A stretch of DNA of 32,000 nt from Candidatus Thorarchaeota archaeon (GTDB taxonomy: Archaea > Asgardarchaeota > Thorarchaeia > Thorarchaeales > Thorarchaeaceae): contig PRDJ01000036.1 in NCBI GenBank assembly GCA_003345555.1, forward strand, positions 30,001-62,000, written 5' to 3'. The first letter of the stretch is position 1. Each line of letters starts with the position of its first letter. The notes under the pieces are model-generated. The model did not search any database, had not been told where the DNA came from, and saw only the letters and a list, made by a program, of their open reading frames with translations. The translations under genes and the position numbers were made by a program. Below, piece by piece: positions 1-7,676 of the stretch.

Positions 1-1
1 A

Positions 2-877
2 TGGCCCTTCAAGAACTCTTTCTATGCCCAATTTGGTTATGCGACGTTGCCCCCCAACCGTCGACTTGAGGCTGACCCGTCTATGTTCTCCCAGTGGCCG
101 TTACCTCGCGGCTATCGCTTGGAGAGATTGCCATTTTCCACAGGCATCAAGCAGTACAGCAAAGTGCATGCAGCAGCCGTCGAGTCAATTCACGGAGCCG
201 TTCGCAGAGATGAGGCACGTTGGACGGAACTGGGGATTGGAAACAAGGATGAGATAGCCATTGTGTACGGCCCGACTGGCGAACCCGAAGCAGGAATGTG
301 GTACAAAGCACAGGGCTATGGAGACCCACCCGATGCCAGTGAGAAGCCTGGTACAATGAGGGTCATCGAGTGCTATTGGCTTAACCCTAGGGCACGGGCA
401 GCATTGTTCAACTACATCTACCTGCATTCTGACCAGACAGTAAGTGTCCGTATCCCCGTCAGTCCGTCTGATGAAGACTCCTATCTTTGGATCGACAGCT
501 TCAACCGCAAGGCGGTGCTGATTAGGACAACGGGCACTGCCATGGCCAGAATCATCGATGTGGTCGATTTCATCCGGGGTTTGCCTGCCAGCCAAAAGGA
601 TCGCCTCGGAGTCAGAGTTAGAGACCGGCAGTGTACTTGGAACAATCAGACATTCCAGCTAGAGTGCGATGGTCGCCTGATGACCGTCTCACAGGCTGGT
701 AATGCCGCAGCAAGGACTGAATTGACAATCGAAGGGTTGACTGCGCTCTGCTATGGCGCCCTGACGACGCGTGAGCTGAGGGAGTACGGATGGTTGAGTG
801 CTCATTCCGAGGATGATTTGCGGCTACTGGATACTTGGTTCCCTACGAAATGCCCTTGGCTAAAAGAACCATTCTAG
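2..877 (+). CDS. GNAT acetyltransferase, Eis-like (5'-truncated by window edge)
   Basis: The frame is open from base 2 (WPFKNSFYAQFGYATLP, the Eis-type 'PF..FY.xFGY' acetyl-CoA motif). Downstream are 'MARIIDV' and an SCP2-like tail (VRDRQCTWNNQTFQL...LTALCYG...LLDTWFP...WLKEPF) typical of Eis proteins. The ORF-track start at 47 is internal. Confidence 0.8.
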   Translation, partial: WPFKNSFYAQFGYATLPPNRRLEADPSMFSQWPLPRGYRLERLPFSTGIKQYSKVHAAAVESIHGAVRRDEARWTELGIGNKDEIAIVYGPTGEPEAGMWYKAQGYGDPPDASEKPGTMRVIECYWLNPRARAALFNYIYLHSDQTVSVRIPVSPSDEDSYLWIDSFNRKAVLIRTTGTAMARIIDVVDFIRGLPASQKDRLGVRVRDRQCTWNNQTFQLECDGRLMTVSQAGNAAARTELTIEGLTALCYGALTTRELREYGWLSAHSEDDLRLLDTWFPTKCPWLKEPF

Positions 878-933
878 GTCCTATGTTATCGAGGCGAATC
901 GCGTTCTGGACAGATGGCAATTCCTCAGGCGGT

Positions 934-1617
934 CTAAACAAAGCCTCTTGGAGGAGCTCCAGTGAGCCTCAGCTGAGGAGCCCTAGAATCGCCGACCTCC
1001 TCTCTCGAAGATACCTCTCTCTTCAGCTTCTCGTACTCACGCTCACACGTGGCTGATAGCTGGAACTTGCTCCATTTCAGCTTGATTTCCTTTGGCGTGA
1101 TGCTCTTGATGAACTCGTCCGGAACGAGGAAGTCGATATTCGGCCGCGTCCCTATTCTCTCAAGGGTTTCTTCGACGAAGCCGCCACCTAATACAAGCCA
1201 GATCTTATTGGCTGTGTCAAACCAGATGTCGATCACGTTACCTATGTTTAGGCCATCCGAATCCAAGACCCGGAGCTTGGCAAGTTTGGTGAGCTTCATG
1301 TCCTCTGGTGTTATAGTCCCAGTGTCCAGTGTCGTCTGTAGTGAGTTACAGTTGGTCTTCAGATACACATGATCCGTGACTTTGTCGATACAGCCGAGTT
1401 GAAATACAGGGTCCTTGTCTCGAATGACGTGGACATCTTCCAACAACTCTTCCACGCGGCTGCCGCCGAGAACCACAGACTTCAATGCTATCTTGTTCTC
1501 AGTAAATCGGAATATGAAGTCGGTAACCCTACCGATCTTCTTGCCATCTGAACCGTATACAGACTTATGCTTTAGCTCGGAGAGCTTCAGATTGCAGCAT
1601 TCGAACACTGTTGACAC
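934..1617 (-). CDS. Tandem PRC-barrel domain protein
   Basis: Two internal repeats with the PRC signature: LSELKHKSVYGSDGKKIGRVTDF..VVLGG and LTKLAKLRVLDSDGLNIGNVIDI..LVLGG. Confidence 0.8.
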   Translation of the reverse strand: MSTVFECCNLKLSELKHKSVYGSDGKKIGRVTDFIFRFTENKIALKSVVLGGSRVEELLEDVHVIRDKDPVFQLGCIDKVTDHVYLKTNCNSLQTTLDTGTITPEDMKLTKLAKLRVLDSDGLNIGNVIDIWFDTANKIWLVLGGGFVEETLERIGTRPNIDFLVPDEFIKSITPKEIKLKWSKFQLSATCEREYEKLKREVSSREEVGDSRAPQLRLTGAPPRGFV

Positions 1618-1729
1618 CTACTGTTAGCGTTGACCATTCAGTAACATGCGGGGCATTCAAAAGCTTTTGCCTTGAGCAGGCATTCGTGCAGGAGGTGTCC
1701 TTGCCAGAGATACTAGGGCGTATTGCCTT

Positions 1730-2698
1730 CTACTTAACAACGGTCCTTTTCAGAGTCTCATAGGAACCGTATCCGCCAGTTGTACCGTCCAGCTCAAACT
1801 GACCAAAAGACTGAACGAGTATTGATTTTGTGCCCTTTTCATCCAGAAAGGGGAGAGGTATCATCGACCCAGGCCTTGCCACAAGTCTGTGCTTCTTGCC
1901 TCTTGCATCGATGAGTTCGAGTTCTGTTCCGGCTGGAAGAAGGGCATCCTTTCTTAGCTCGTGCTTCACTAGGCGTATCTCCCGAAGCGGGATATTCTTT
2001 CCATTCTGGAACAAGAAGCCTCCTGCGCCGAGACGACCGTCATCGGTCATGATTGCCGCGGGGTTCACTGCAAGCCTGTCGTTGAACCATATCACAAAAT
2101 AGAACCAGTTGCCTACACCAGTCCAGTCACGTATCCCGTGCGTGTGGTCTCTTTGACCAATCACGTTCTTAAGATGTAGCTCAGCGTCTCCGAGTCTGAT
2201 CAGACCGTTTACCTTGGCGATTTGCTCCCAGTGCTTGTCTCCGGACTTCTTGCCAAGCTCAAGAGCCTCAGCGGTCATATGTTCGCTATACTCATACTCT
2301 TGATGTATAGGACGAAAGCCGACATCCATCTTGACCTCTAGCAGGTCAGATATCAGGTCAGGTTTCTCACGCGCCTCAGGAAGCTTCTCCGGGTCTTTGA
2401 CTACGACCATCGATCCGTCGAAGACGTATTTCCATGTTCCATCACCTACACTGATATGAGACATCTGCTCGACTCGAAGTCGTGATGGATAGTTCTCACA
2501 GCGGTCTGTTGCGTGATAGCCTGCCGCCGACCCGTCTGGAAGAAACAAGAAGAAGAAAGTCATACCTTCTGGCTTGTTCGGCTTGAATCCGACTCGACTC
2601 ATTCCTCCGATTCTGTTGGCTTTATCATAGAAGACGAAATAGTAGCTTTCATTCCATTCGGGATTTTTGGAGGCAGGAGGATGGGTAATCGGTTCCAT
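1730..2698 (-). CDS. Conserved hypothetical beta-rich protein (AttH/CrtC/tocopherol-cyclase-like; possibly DUF7064/DUF7065 type)
   Basis: 322-aa ORF starting 6 nt after the stop of the upstream PEP-utilizer gene. Motifs WNESYYFVFYD..RVGFKPN, HWEQ..GQRDHTHGIRDW..WFYF, recalled from this family. Fold is an inference. Confidence 0.55.
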   Translation of the reverse strand: MEPITHPPASKNPEWNESYYFVFYDKANRIGGMSRVGFKPNKPEGMTFFFLFLPDGSAAGYHATDRCENYPSRLRVEQMSHISVGDGTWKYVFDGSMVVVKDPEKLPEAREKPDLISDLLEVKMDVGFRPIHQEYEYSEHMTAEALELGKKSGDKHWEQIAKVNGLIRLGDAELHLKNVIGQRDHTHGIRDWTGVGNWFYFVIWFNDRLAVNPAAIMTDDGRLGAGGFLFQNGKNIPLREIRLVKHELRKDALLPAGTELELIDARGKKHRLVARPGSMIPLPFLDEKGTKSILVQSFGQFELDGTTGGYGSYETLKRTVVK

Positions 2699-2704
2699 CT
2701 TGTT

Positions 2705-5380
2705 TTACCCCTGTTCGCGCAGCAATACTTGGCCCAAGCTTCCGTCTACTGTGACTATTTGACCGGTCTTCAGAGTGCGGCATGCATCCCTGACGTTCGT
2801 GACAGCGGGGATTCCGTATTCTCTTGACACGACAGCACCGTGAGAAAGTATGCCGCCTGTCTCCGTGATTAGTGCTCGTATCGAAGAGAATACCGGGGTC
2901 CAACCCGGATCTGTTCGAGGAACGACGAGTATCTCCTCAGATTTGACTTTGGGTATTTCCTGAATTGAATAGAGAACCCGTACCGGTCCCGTGGCTTGAC
3001 CTTGGCTTGCTGCGATTCCTTGTAGGACTGAACTAGGCTCCGGAAGTGCATCATCGTATTCCCGGTTGCCACACATGAACTTCGGCGGCACAACGTCTTC
3101 ATTCTGGCTGAAGTCTCTGAATCTTTGTTCGGCCAGTCGTGAGAAGGTCTCTTTGGTCGTTGTGTCAGGGCTACTATATATCAGCTGCTTGATTTCCTTG
3201 CGATGTAAGAAGAATACGTGAAAGGGATCCTTCAGCGCGCCCTGTGCCACAAGCCGCCGTCCTATGGCAAGGTACACCCTCCGGTTGCGAGTTATCCAGC
3301 GGTCGAGGTTGAATCGTTGGTCTTCGCGAAACACAATGTAAGTTCTGGCAAAGGACAGTATAGCTGAGAACAGCATCCATTTTATGCCCCCGTTTCTCTG
3401 GCGACGCATTCTCCGCTCCACTTCTTTTTCGACTCGTTGTCTTAGTCGAAGTGTTCTCGCTTCAGTGGCAGTCATGTCCCTGATTCCTTGCGTGACAAGT
3501 GATTTGAGAACGTCAAGAACGCGCTCAGGAGACTCATTCCAACGCGGGTAGTATGGTTCTCGCGTGAATCCTCGATCGCCGAAGTCGTCAAGGAACCTGT
3601 TGAATTCCTCAAGGAACTTCTTCGGCTCGCCTCCGCTCATTGGCCCAAGCGTGGCCATTATCTGTTCTGAAGGTCTCTCCGCTATGACCTTCTTGACAAG
3701 AGGCAGGGAAACTGCGAGTTCTGCAAGTTCACTGATTCGCCTGTTTGTTTCAGTTGTCTTGTGCTCGAGCCCTGATATCAACGGAGGGAAGCATTTCTTC
3801 CCAAACTCCTCACCGAGAAACCTGCGGAGGAGATAGCTTGATGCAAGATTCATTCCGATATTGTGTACAGGAATTCCGTAGCGAACAAGCCTGAAGTGAC
3901 TCATCATTGTCTTGTCGAGTTCTTTCGCTAGTTCCATCAGCGACTCTGCGCCACCGTCCTTGTCAAGTGCTGCCATGCGTTGATCGAACGCCTTGCAGAA
4001 CGCATCGAACTCATCATGCGTCCATTTCTTGTACACATTGGCGGTCTTGGTCATGCTACCATTTCCATCGAGCAGAGTCACGCGTACCTCGGCCAGTATT
4101 CGATTTTTCAGCTTGAATGGAAGGGACTTCATTGTGAGTTTACCATACGGTCCGGCACCTTCGGGGAAGTAGTTGAGAACATCCTCGGACCGCAGGAAAG
4201 GAGGTATCTCATAAACGACCTTGTTTCTAAGCACATCGAGATTGAAGTAAACATGTGCCTTGAATAGCTTGAGCAGTCTTGGATCCATCTTTTTGTAGCC
4301 CATGATCTGATTCAGTTCTACATTGACGACGTAGGTTAGCTGGTCGCCGAGAAGGTCAAAGAACAGGGGGCTTACATTATCGTTCCAATAATCGTCCGAA
4401 TAACCCCTTGACCAGACAATGTCCTCATGTGTTTCTTTCCTCGTCACCTTTTGCGCGGTAATCGGTCTGGTTTGAAGTACGTATAGCTCGTCTGACTTGT
4501 CAATTGCCCATTCTACATCTTGTGGCCTGTGAAACAGACTCTCGACCGAAGAACCAACTTCGGCCAAGTGAGCAGCTTCAGAATCTGTGATGGAAGCGTT
4601 TTGACTTAGTACTTGAGACCCGGCCGAGACTGCCTTTGCTCCCACCTCTTTCCCTACGATTCGATATTCTTTCTTTCCGTCAGTGGTCTGTTTGGCTATC
4701 AAGTATCTGTCCGGGTTGACTGCACCGGAGACAACCGACTCTCCAAGGCCGAAGCTCGATTCAATGACCATATCACACCCGGTGGATGGTGTCGGGTTCT
4801 TTGTAAATAGGACTCCCGCACTTCGGGGTTCAATCATCGATTGCACAATGACAGCTATTCTTACCTTCTCGTGAGGAATGTTATTCCTATGCCGGTAGGC
4901 GATAGCCCTAGAAGACCATAGGGACGCAAAGCACTGTTTGATATGCTCGAGAACGCTGTTCACTCCTTGAACGTTAAGATAGGTGTCGTACTGACCTGCA
5001 AACGATGCTTCCGGTAGATCCTCTGCACTGGCCGATGATCGAACTGCGACATTTCCTCCGCCCATCTGCCTATAGGAAGCCTGTACCTCAGCGGCGAGGT
5101 CGCGAGATAGAGCAGCCTTTTCAAAGCAACTTCTGATTTTCTCAGAACAGGCATCTATGGAGTCTGATCTCTTGTAGTCTATCTGGGCCAGCGATTCCGA
5201 GATGACCTGAGTGAGTGCTTGCTCCGACAGCAGCTGGTCGTATGCACTAGTTGTCACGACGAATCCTTCTGGAACTTTGAAGCCGGCTTTTGCTACTCGC
5301 GAGAGATTCGAGGCCTTGCTCCCTGAGAGGCCTGAACTCCTGCTATCAATTTCACTGATTCTAAGAGTGAATCGTCCCAC
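2705..5380 (-). CDS. PEP-utilizing enzyme with rifampin phosphotransferase (RPH)/PigC-like domain order
   Basis: N-terminal ATP-grasp (GSKASNL, VAVRSSASAEDLPEASFAGQYDT, AVIVQSMI, PQDVEWA, LQTRPIT), a long helical middle domain, and a C-terminal phospho-His swivel (TDPGWTP...GGILSHGAVVSREYGIPAV). No PEP/pyruvate-binding TIM barrel. Confidence 0.85.
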   Translation of the reverse strand: MGRFTLRISEIDSRSSGLSGSKASNLSRVAKAGFKVPEGFVVTTSAYDQLLSEQALTQVISESLAQIDYKRSDSIDACSEKIRSCFEKAALSRDLAAEVQASYRQMGGGNVAVRSSASAEDLPEASFAGQYDTYLNVQGVNSVLEHIKQCFASLWSSRAIAYRHRNNIPHEKVRIAVIVQSMIEPRSAGVLFTKNPTPSTGCDMVIESSFGLGESVVSGAVNPDRYLIAKQTTDGKKEYRIVGKEVGAKAVSAGSQVLSQNASITDSEAAHLAEVGSSVESLFHRPQDVEWAIDKSDELYVLQTRPITAQKVTRKETHEDIVWSRGYSDDYWNDNVSPLFFDLLGDQLTYVVNVELNQIMGYKKMDPRLLKLFKAHVYFNLDVLRNKVVYEIPPFLRSEDVLNYFPEGAGPYGKLTMKSLPFKLKNRILAEVRVTLLDGNGSMTKTANVYKKWTHDEFDAFCKAFDQRMAALDKDGGAESLMELAKELDKTMMSHFRLVRYGIPVHNIGMNLASSYLLRRFLGEEFGKKCFPPLISGLEHKTTETNRRISELAELAVSLPLVKKVIAERPSEQIMATLGPMSGGEPKKFLEEFNRFLDDFGDRGFTREPYYPRWNESPERVLDVLKSLVTQGIRDMTATEARTLRLRQRVEKEVERRMRRQRNGGIKWMLFSAILSFARTYIVFREDQRFNLDRWITRNRRVYLAIGRRLVAQGALKDPFHVFFLHRKEIKQLIYSSPDTTTKETFSRLAEQRFRDFSQNEDVVPPKFMCGNREYDDALPEPSSVLQGIAASQGQATGPVRVLYSIQEIPKVKSEEILVVPRTDPGWTPVFSSIRALITETGGILSHGAVVSREYGIPAVTNVRDACRTLKTGQIVTVDGSLGQVLLREQG

Positions 5381-5657
5381 TGGGCAATACTCTCCGATAG
5401 GTTTCTGTCACACGGCTGGGTGTAATATCGGTTGCGCCAGCCGCGTTCGGCAATGGACGACATGTACTACTGTTGATGGTCACTGCCGAAGTTGTTCCAA
5501 TCCGTCACAACTGACTAGGTCAGGACAGATGGAGGTCGCTACCCGGTTTTTCCTTCAAGGGTGGCTTCCGTCTGTCGCTCGCCATCCAAAGGACTTTAGG
5601 CAGCGATTGCCCTTCTTCGTTCCGAGGAATCGCGGATTGAGAGTTACCCCTGACAAG

Positions 5658-6323
5658 ATGAATGACCTTGATGGCAAGACATGTTTCATATGCGGCAAGT
5701 ATCTCCTCAACAACACGGAAGATGACTTGGCCTATCTGGAAGTGCACACAGGATCTTCTGCAAAAGCCAAACCAGACAAGTACTTCCTGTTTACGTGCTC
5801 CAGCTGCGGAAAGACTGCTCACAAGCGCTGCTGGTACGACATAGGAGAGAAGCGATTCAAGGACGGACTATTCAGCAAGACACAATGGCGACTTGAATGT
5901 CCAAGTTGCCATCAGGTTCTCTCTCCTGCAAGACCCGGTCGAATAGACTGGAAACTGGGGTACCAGGTTCCGGGACATGGTGACGCAGAACTCATCGAAT
6001 TGCAGATTGCGGACGTCCTTTCTTGGAAAGCGTCTCGAGTCACCGGAGTAATTGGGAAAGCCATTGATGGCCTCTTCAGATCAATCGGACTCGGCGCTCT
6101 GACCAATGCGCAGAGAAATGCGATTTCTCAAGCGGCCGACCGAATAGGCAAGTCATTTGGGTTTGTCACATCTGCTGTCTCACTTGACGCCACACCCAAA
6201 CAGAGGAGACAACTGAGGGAGCTCAAGTGCCAAAACTGTGGGGCACCCCTTCCGCTTCCAGGACTCGCGGAATCGGCGGTGGTATGCCCACATTGCGGCA
6301 CAGCACATTTACTCCCCACTTAA
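5658..6323 (+). CDS. Zn-finger protein: N-terminal C4HC3 (PHD/RING-v-like) finger plus C-terminal CxxC..CxxC Zn ribbon
   Basis: ATG at 5658 gives 221 aa. Pattern C-x2-C-x34-C-x2-C-x4-H-x2-C-x22-C-x2-C, then CQNCGAP...CPHCG. The ORF-track extension to 5211 overlaps the opposite-strand gene and is rejected. Confidence 0.75.
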   Translation: MNDLDGKTCFICGKYLLNNTEDDLAYLEVHTGSSAKAKPDKYFLFTCSSCGKTAHKRCWYDIGEKRFKDGLFSKTQWRLECPSCHQVLSPARPGRIDWKLGYQVPGHGDAELIELQIADVLSWKASRVTGVIGKAIDGLFRSIGLGALTNAQRNAISQAADRIGKSFGFVTSAVSLDATPKQRRQLRELKCQNCGAPLPLPGLAESAVVCPHCGTAHLLPT

Positions 6324-6355
6324 ACCCATTAACTACCGGGCTTGTCGCAATATCA

Positions 6356-6363
6356 TATAAATA
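6356..6363 (+). promoter_or_regulatory. Putative archaeal TATA box (TATAAATA) for the 6414 gene
   Basis: Consensus-like TATA in the AT-rich intergenic gap, about 50 nt upstream of ATG 6414. Confidence 0.4.
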
Positions 6364-6413
6364 CGTTAACCCCCTTCTCATTGTTCAGAATTCGACCGGA
6401 GCTGAAAAGACTC

Positions 6414-6716
6414 ATGCCTGTCCATCTTGAGTTCAACCAGTCCACAAGTCAGTTTGCCGAGACGACCAAGAACACGAGCAATGAATCGATTATCCTGACT
6501 ATCGATGACGCAAAGAAGAAACTCTCCATGAATGTTCCCTCAAACGTCGGTATGATCGTCAGGAGAGCGGCCGAGCGTCAGGCGCGCGGAATCACGAAGT
6601 CTGGTTTTTTGATTCGTACCGGGGGTCGAGTAGGAGTTGGGTTCGAGCTTGAAGTCGAAGGAGAAGGCGGGAAACTACCTGACAGACTAACCTCGAGCCC
6701 GAGGGAAGTGTACTGA
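6414..6716 (+). CDS. Small hypothetical protein (100 aa), possibly a divergent single gelsolin-like domain
   Basis: ATG 6414 follows the TATA-like element. Residue pattern suggests strand-strand-strand-helix-strand (ESIILTIDDAKKKLSMNVP..RRAAERQARGI..FELEVEGE). The CDS is plausible; the fold call is weak. Confidence 0.6.
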   Translation: MPVHLEFNQSTSQFAETTKNTSNESIILTIDDAKKKLSMNVPSNVGMIVRRAAERQARGITKSGFLIRTGGRVGVGFELEVEGEGGKLPDRLTSSPREVY

Positions 6717-6898
6717 GCCGCGTGCTCTGTACAATTCCCATCATTCACGCCTGCTCGAGCTTCACGGGTCAGACACTGCTGGCCCGACAAGTACTGTCTT
6801 TTTAATAGTGCAAACGCCGTCTGTATTCGGGCCCGAGTGCCCATCCGTGATGGATATTAACATGTTATCGCAGCACACGGACCCTGCAGGGTGCAGAG

Positions 6899-7567
6899 AT
6901 GTTTGACCTCATACAGGAACGCGATATCTCGAGGGTATACGGCTCTAGGACTCTCGTATACATGATAGTTCACGGTGAGACACTTCCAGAGAACCCCGAG
7001 ACATTGTCGCAAAGAGGCCACGACCAAATCATCGAATTGGCGAGGTCTAGAGTGGCGTCCGGCGTTCAGACGTTGTATACCTCGCCTCTCAAGGAGGCTG
7101 GCGCGACGGCAGCAATACTAGCCAAGGAATTCCAAGTCAAAGCAGAGACCAAAGATTGTCTGTCTGAAGTGACACTCGGCAAGAGCAGGTCGTCATCAAA
7201 ACAACTGATGGATCGTCTGCCAGCAATGTGGAACGACACCAATCATGCTCCTCCTGGCGGTGAGTCTTTCAATACGGCCAAGCGCAGGTTTGGCGACTGC
7301 ATGAACGGCATCGCCGAAAAGAGCACAGGAGGATCTATCGCCGTGGTCAGCCATCCGATTGTAGGCGCACTGTTCCTGTCCCTTGTAAGAGGCGGGCCGC
7401 CTCAGCTTGAGGACTGGCTGTACTTGGGATACGCGTCATGTGCGGCATATGAGTACGCCAATCGTGGCTGGAGTTTGGTGATGCCGCCTGATGACAGCTA
7501 CCTTACAGAACCAGTAAGCGTCAAGGATAGACTGCCGAAGGACATTCTTCGGGCGCTTGGCGTTTGA
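6899..7567 (+). CDS. Histidine phosphatase (phosphoglycerate mutase) superfamily protein with degenerate active site
   Basis: VYMIVHGET (for RHGET), LYTSPLKEA (for SPLxRA), LSE, PPGGES, IAVVSHP (for VSHG). Confidence 0.75.
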   Translation: MFDLIQERDISRVYGSRTLVYMIVHGETLPENPETLSQRGHDQIIELARSRVASGVQTLYTSPLKEAGATAAILAKEFQVKAETKDCLSEVTLGKSRSSSKQLMDRLPAMWNDTNHAPPGGESFNTAKRRFGDCMNGIAEKSTGGSIAVVSHPIVGALFLSLVRGGPPQLEDWLYLGYASCAAYEYANRGWSLVMPPDDSYLTEPVSVKDRLPKDILRALGV

Positions 7568-7594
7568 TTCGCATCTTGAATTGAAAAGAAGTTC

Positions 7595-7629
7595 CCTTGC
7601 CATGGCACAATACCCGCGTCATGGCAAGG
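7595..7629. terminator. Inverted repeat between convergent genes, possible bidirectional terminator
   Basis: CCTTGCCATG (7595-7604) and CATGGCAAGG (7620-7629) form a perfect 10-bp stem with a 15-nt loop in the 109-nt gap between the stops at 7567 and 7677. Confidence 0.45.
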
Positions 7630-7676
7630 TCTTGACTCATGCATGTTGAGGGGCACCGGAAAATGCCGGTCGTTGA

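Noticed and set aside
2705-5380. Annotation as PEP synthase (ppsA) or PPDK
   Set aside because: The His swivel is C-terminal and there is no PEP/pyruvate-binding barrel.
5211-5657. N-terminal 149 aa of the 370-aa ORF in the track
   Set aside because: It overlaps the opposite-strand PEP-utilizer gene and the divergent promoter region and has no protein-like features; the Zn-finger protein begins at ATG 5658.
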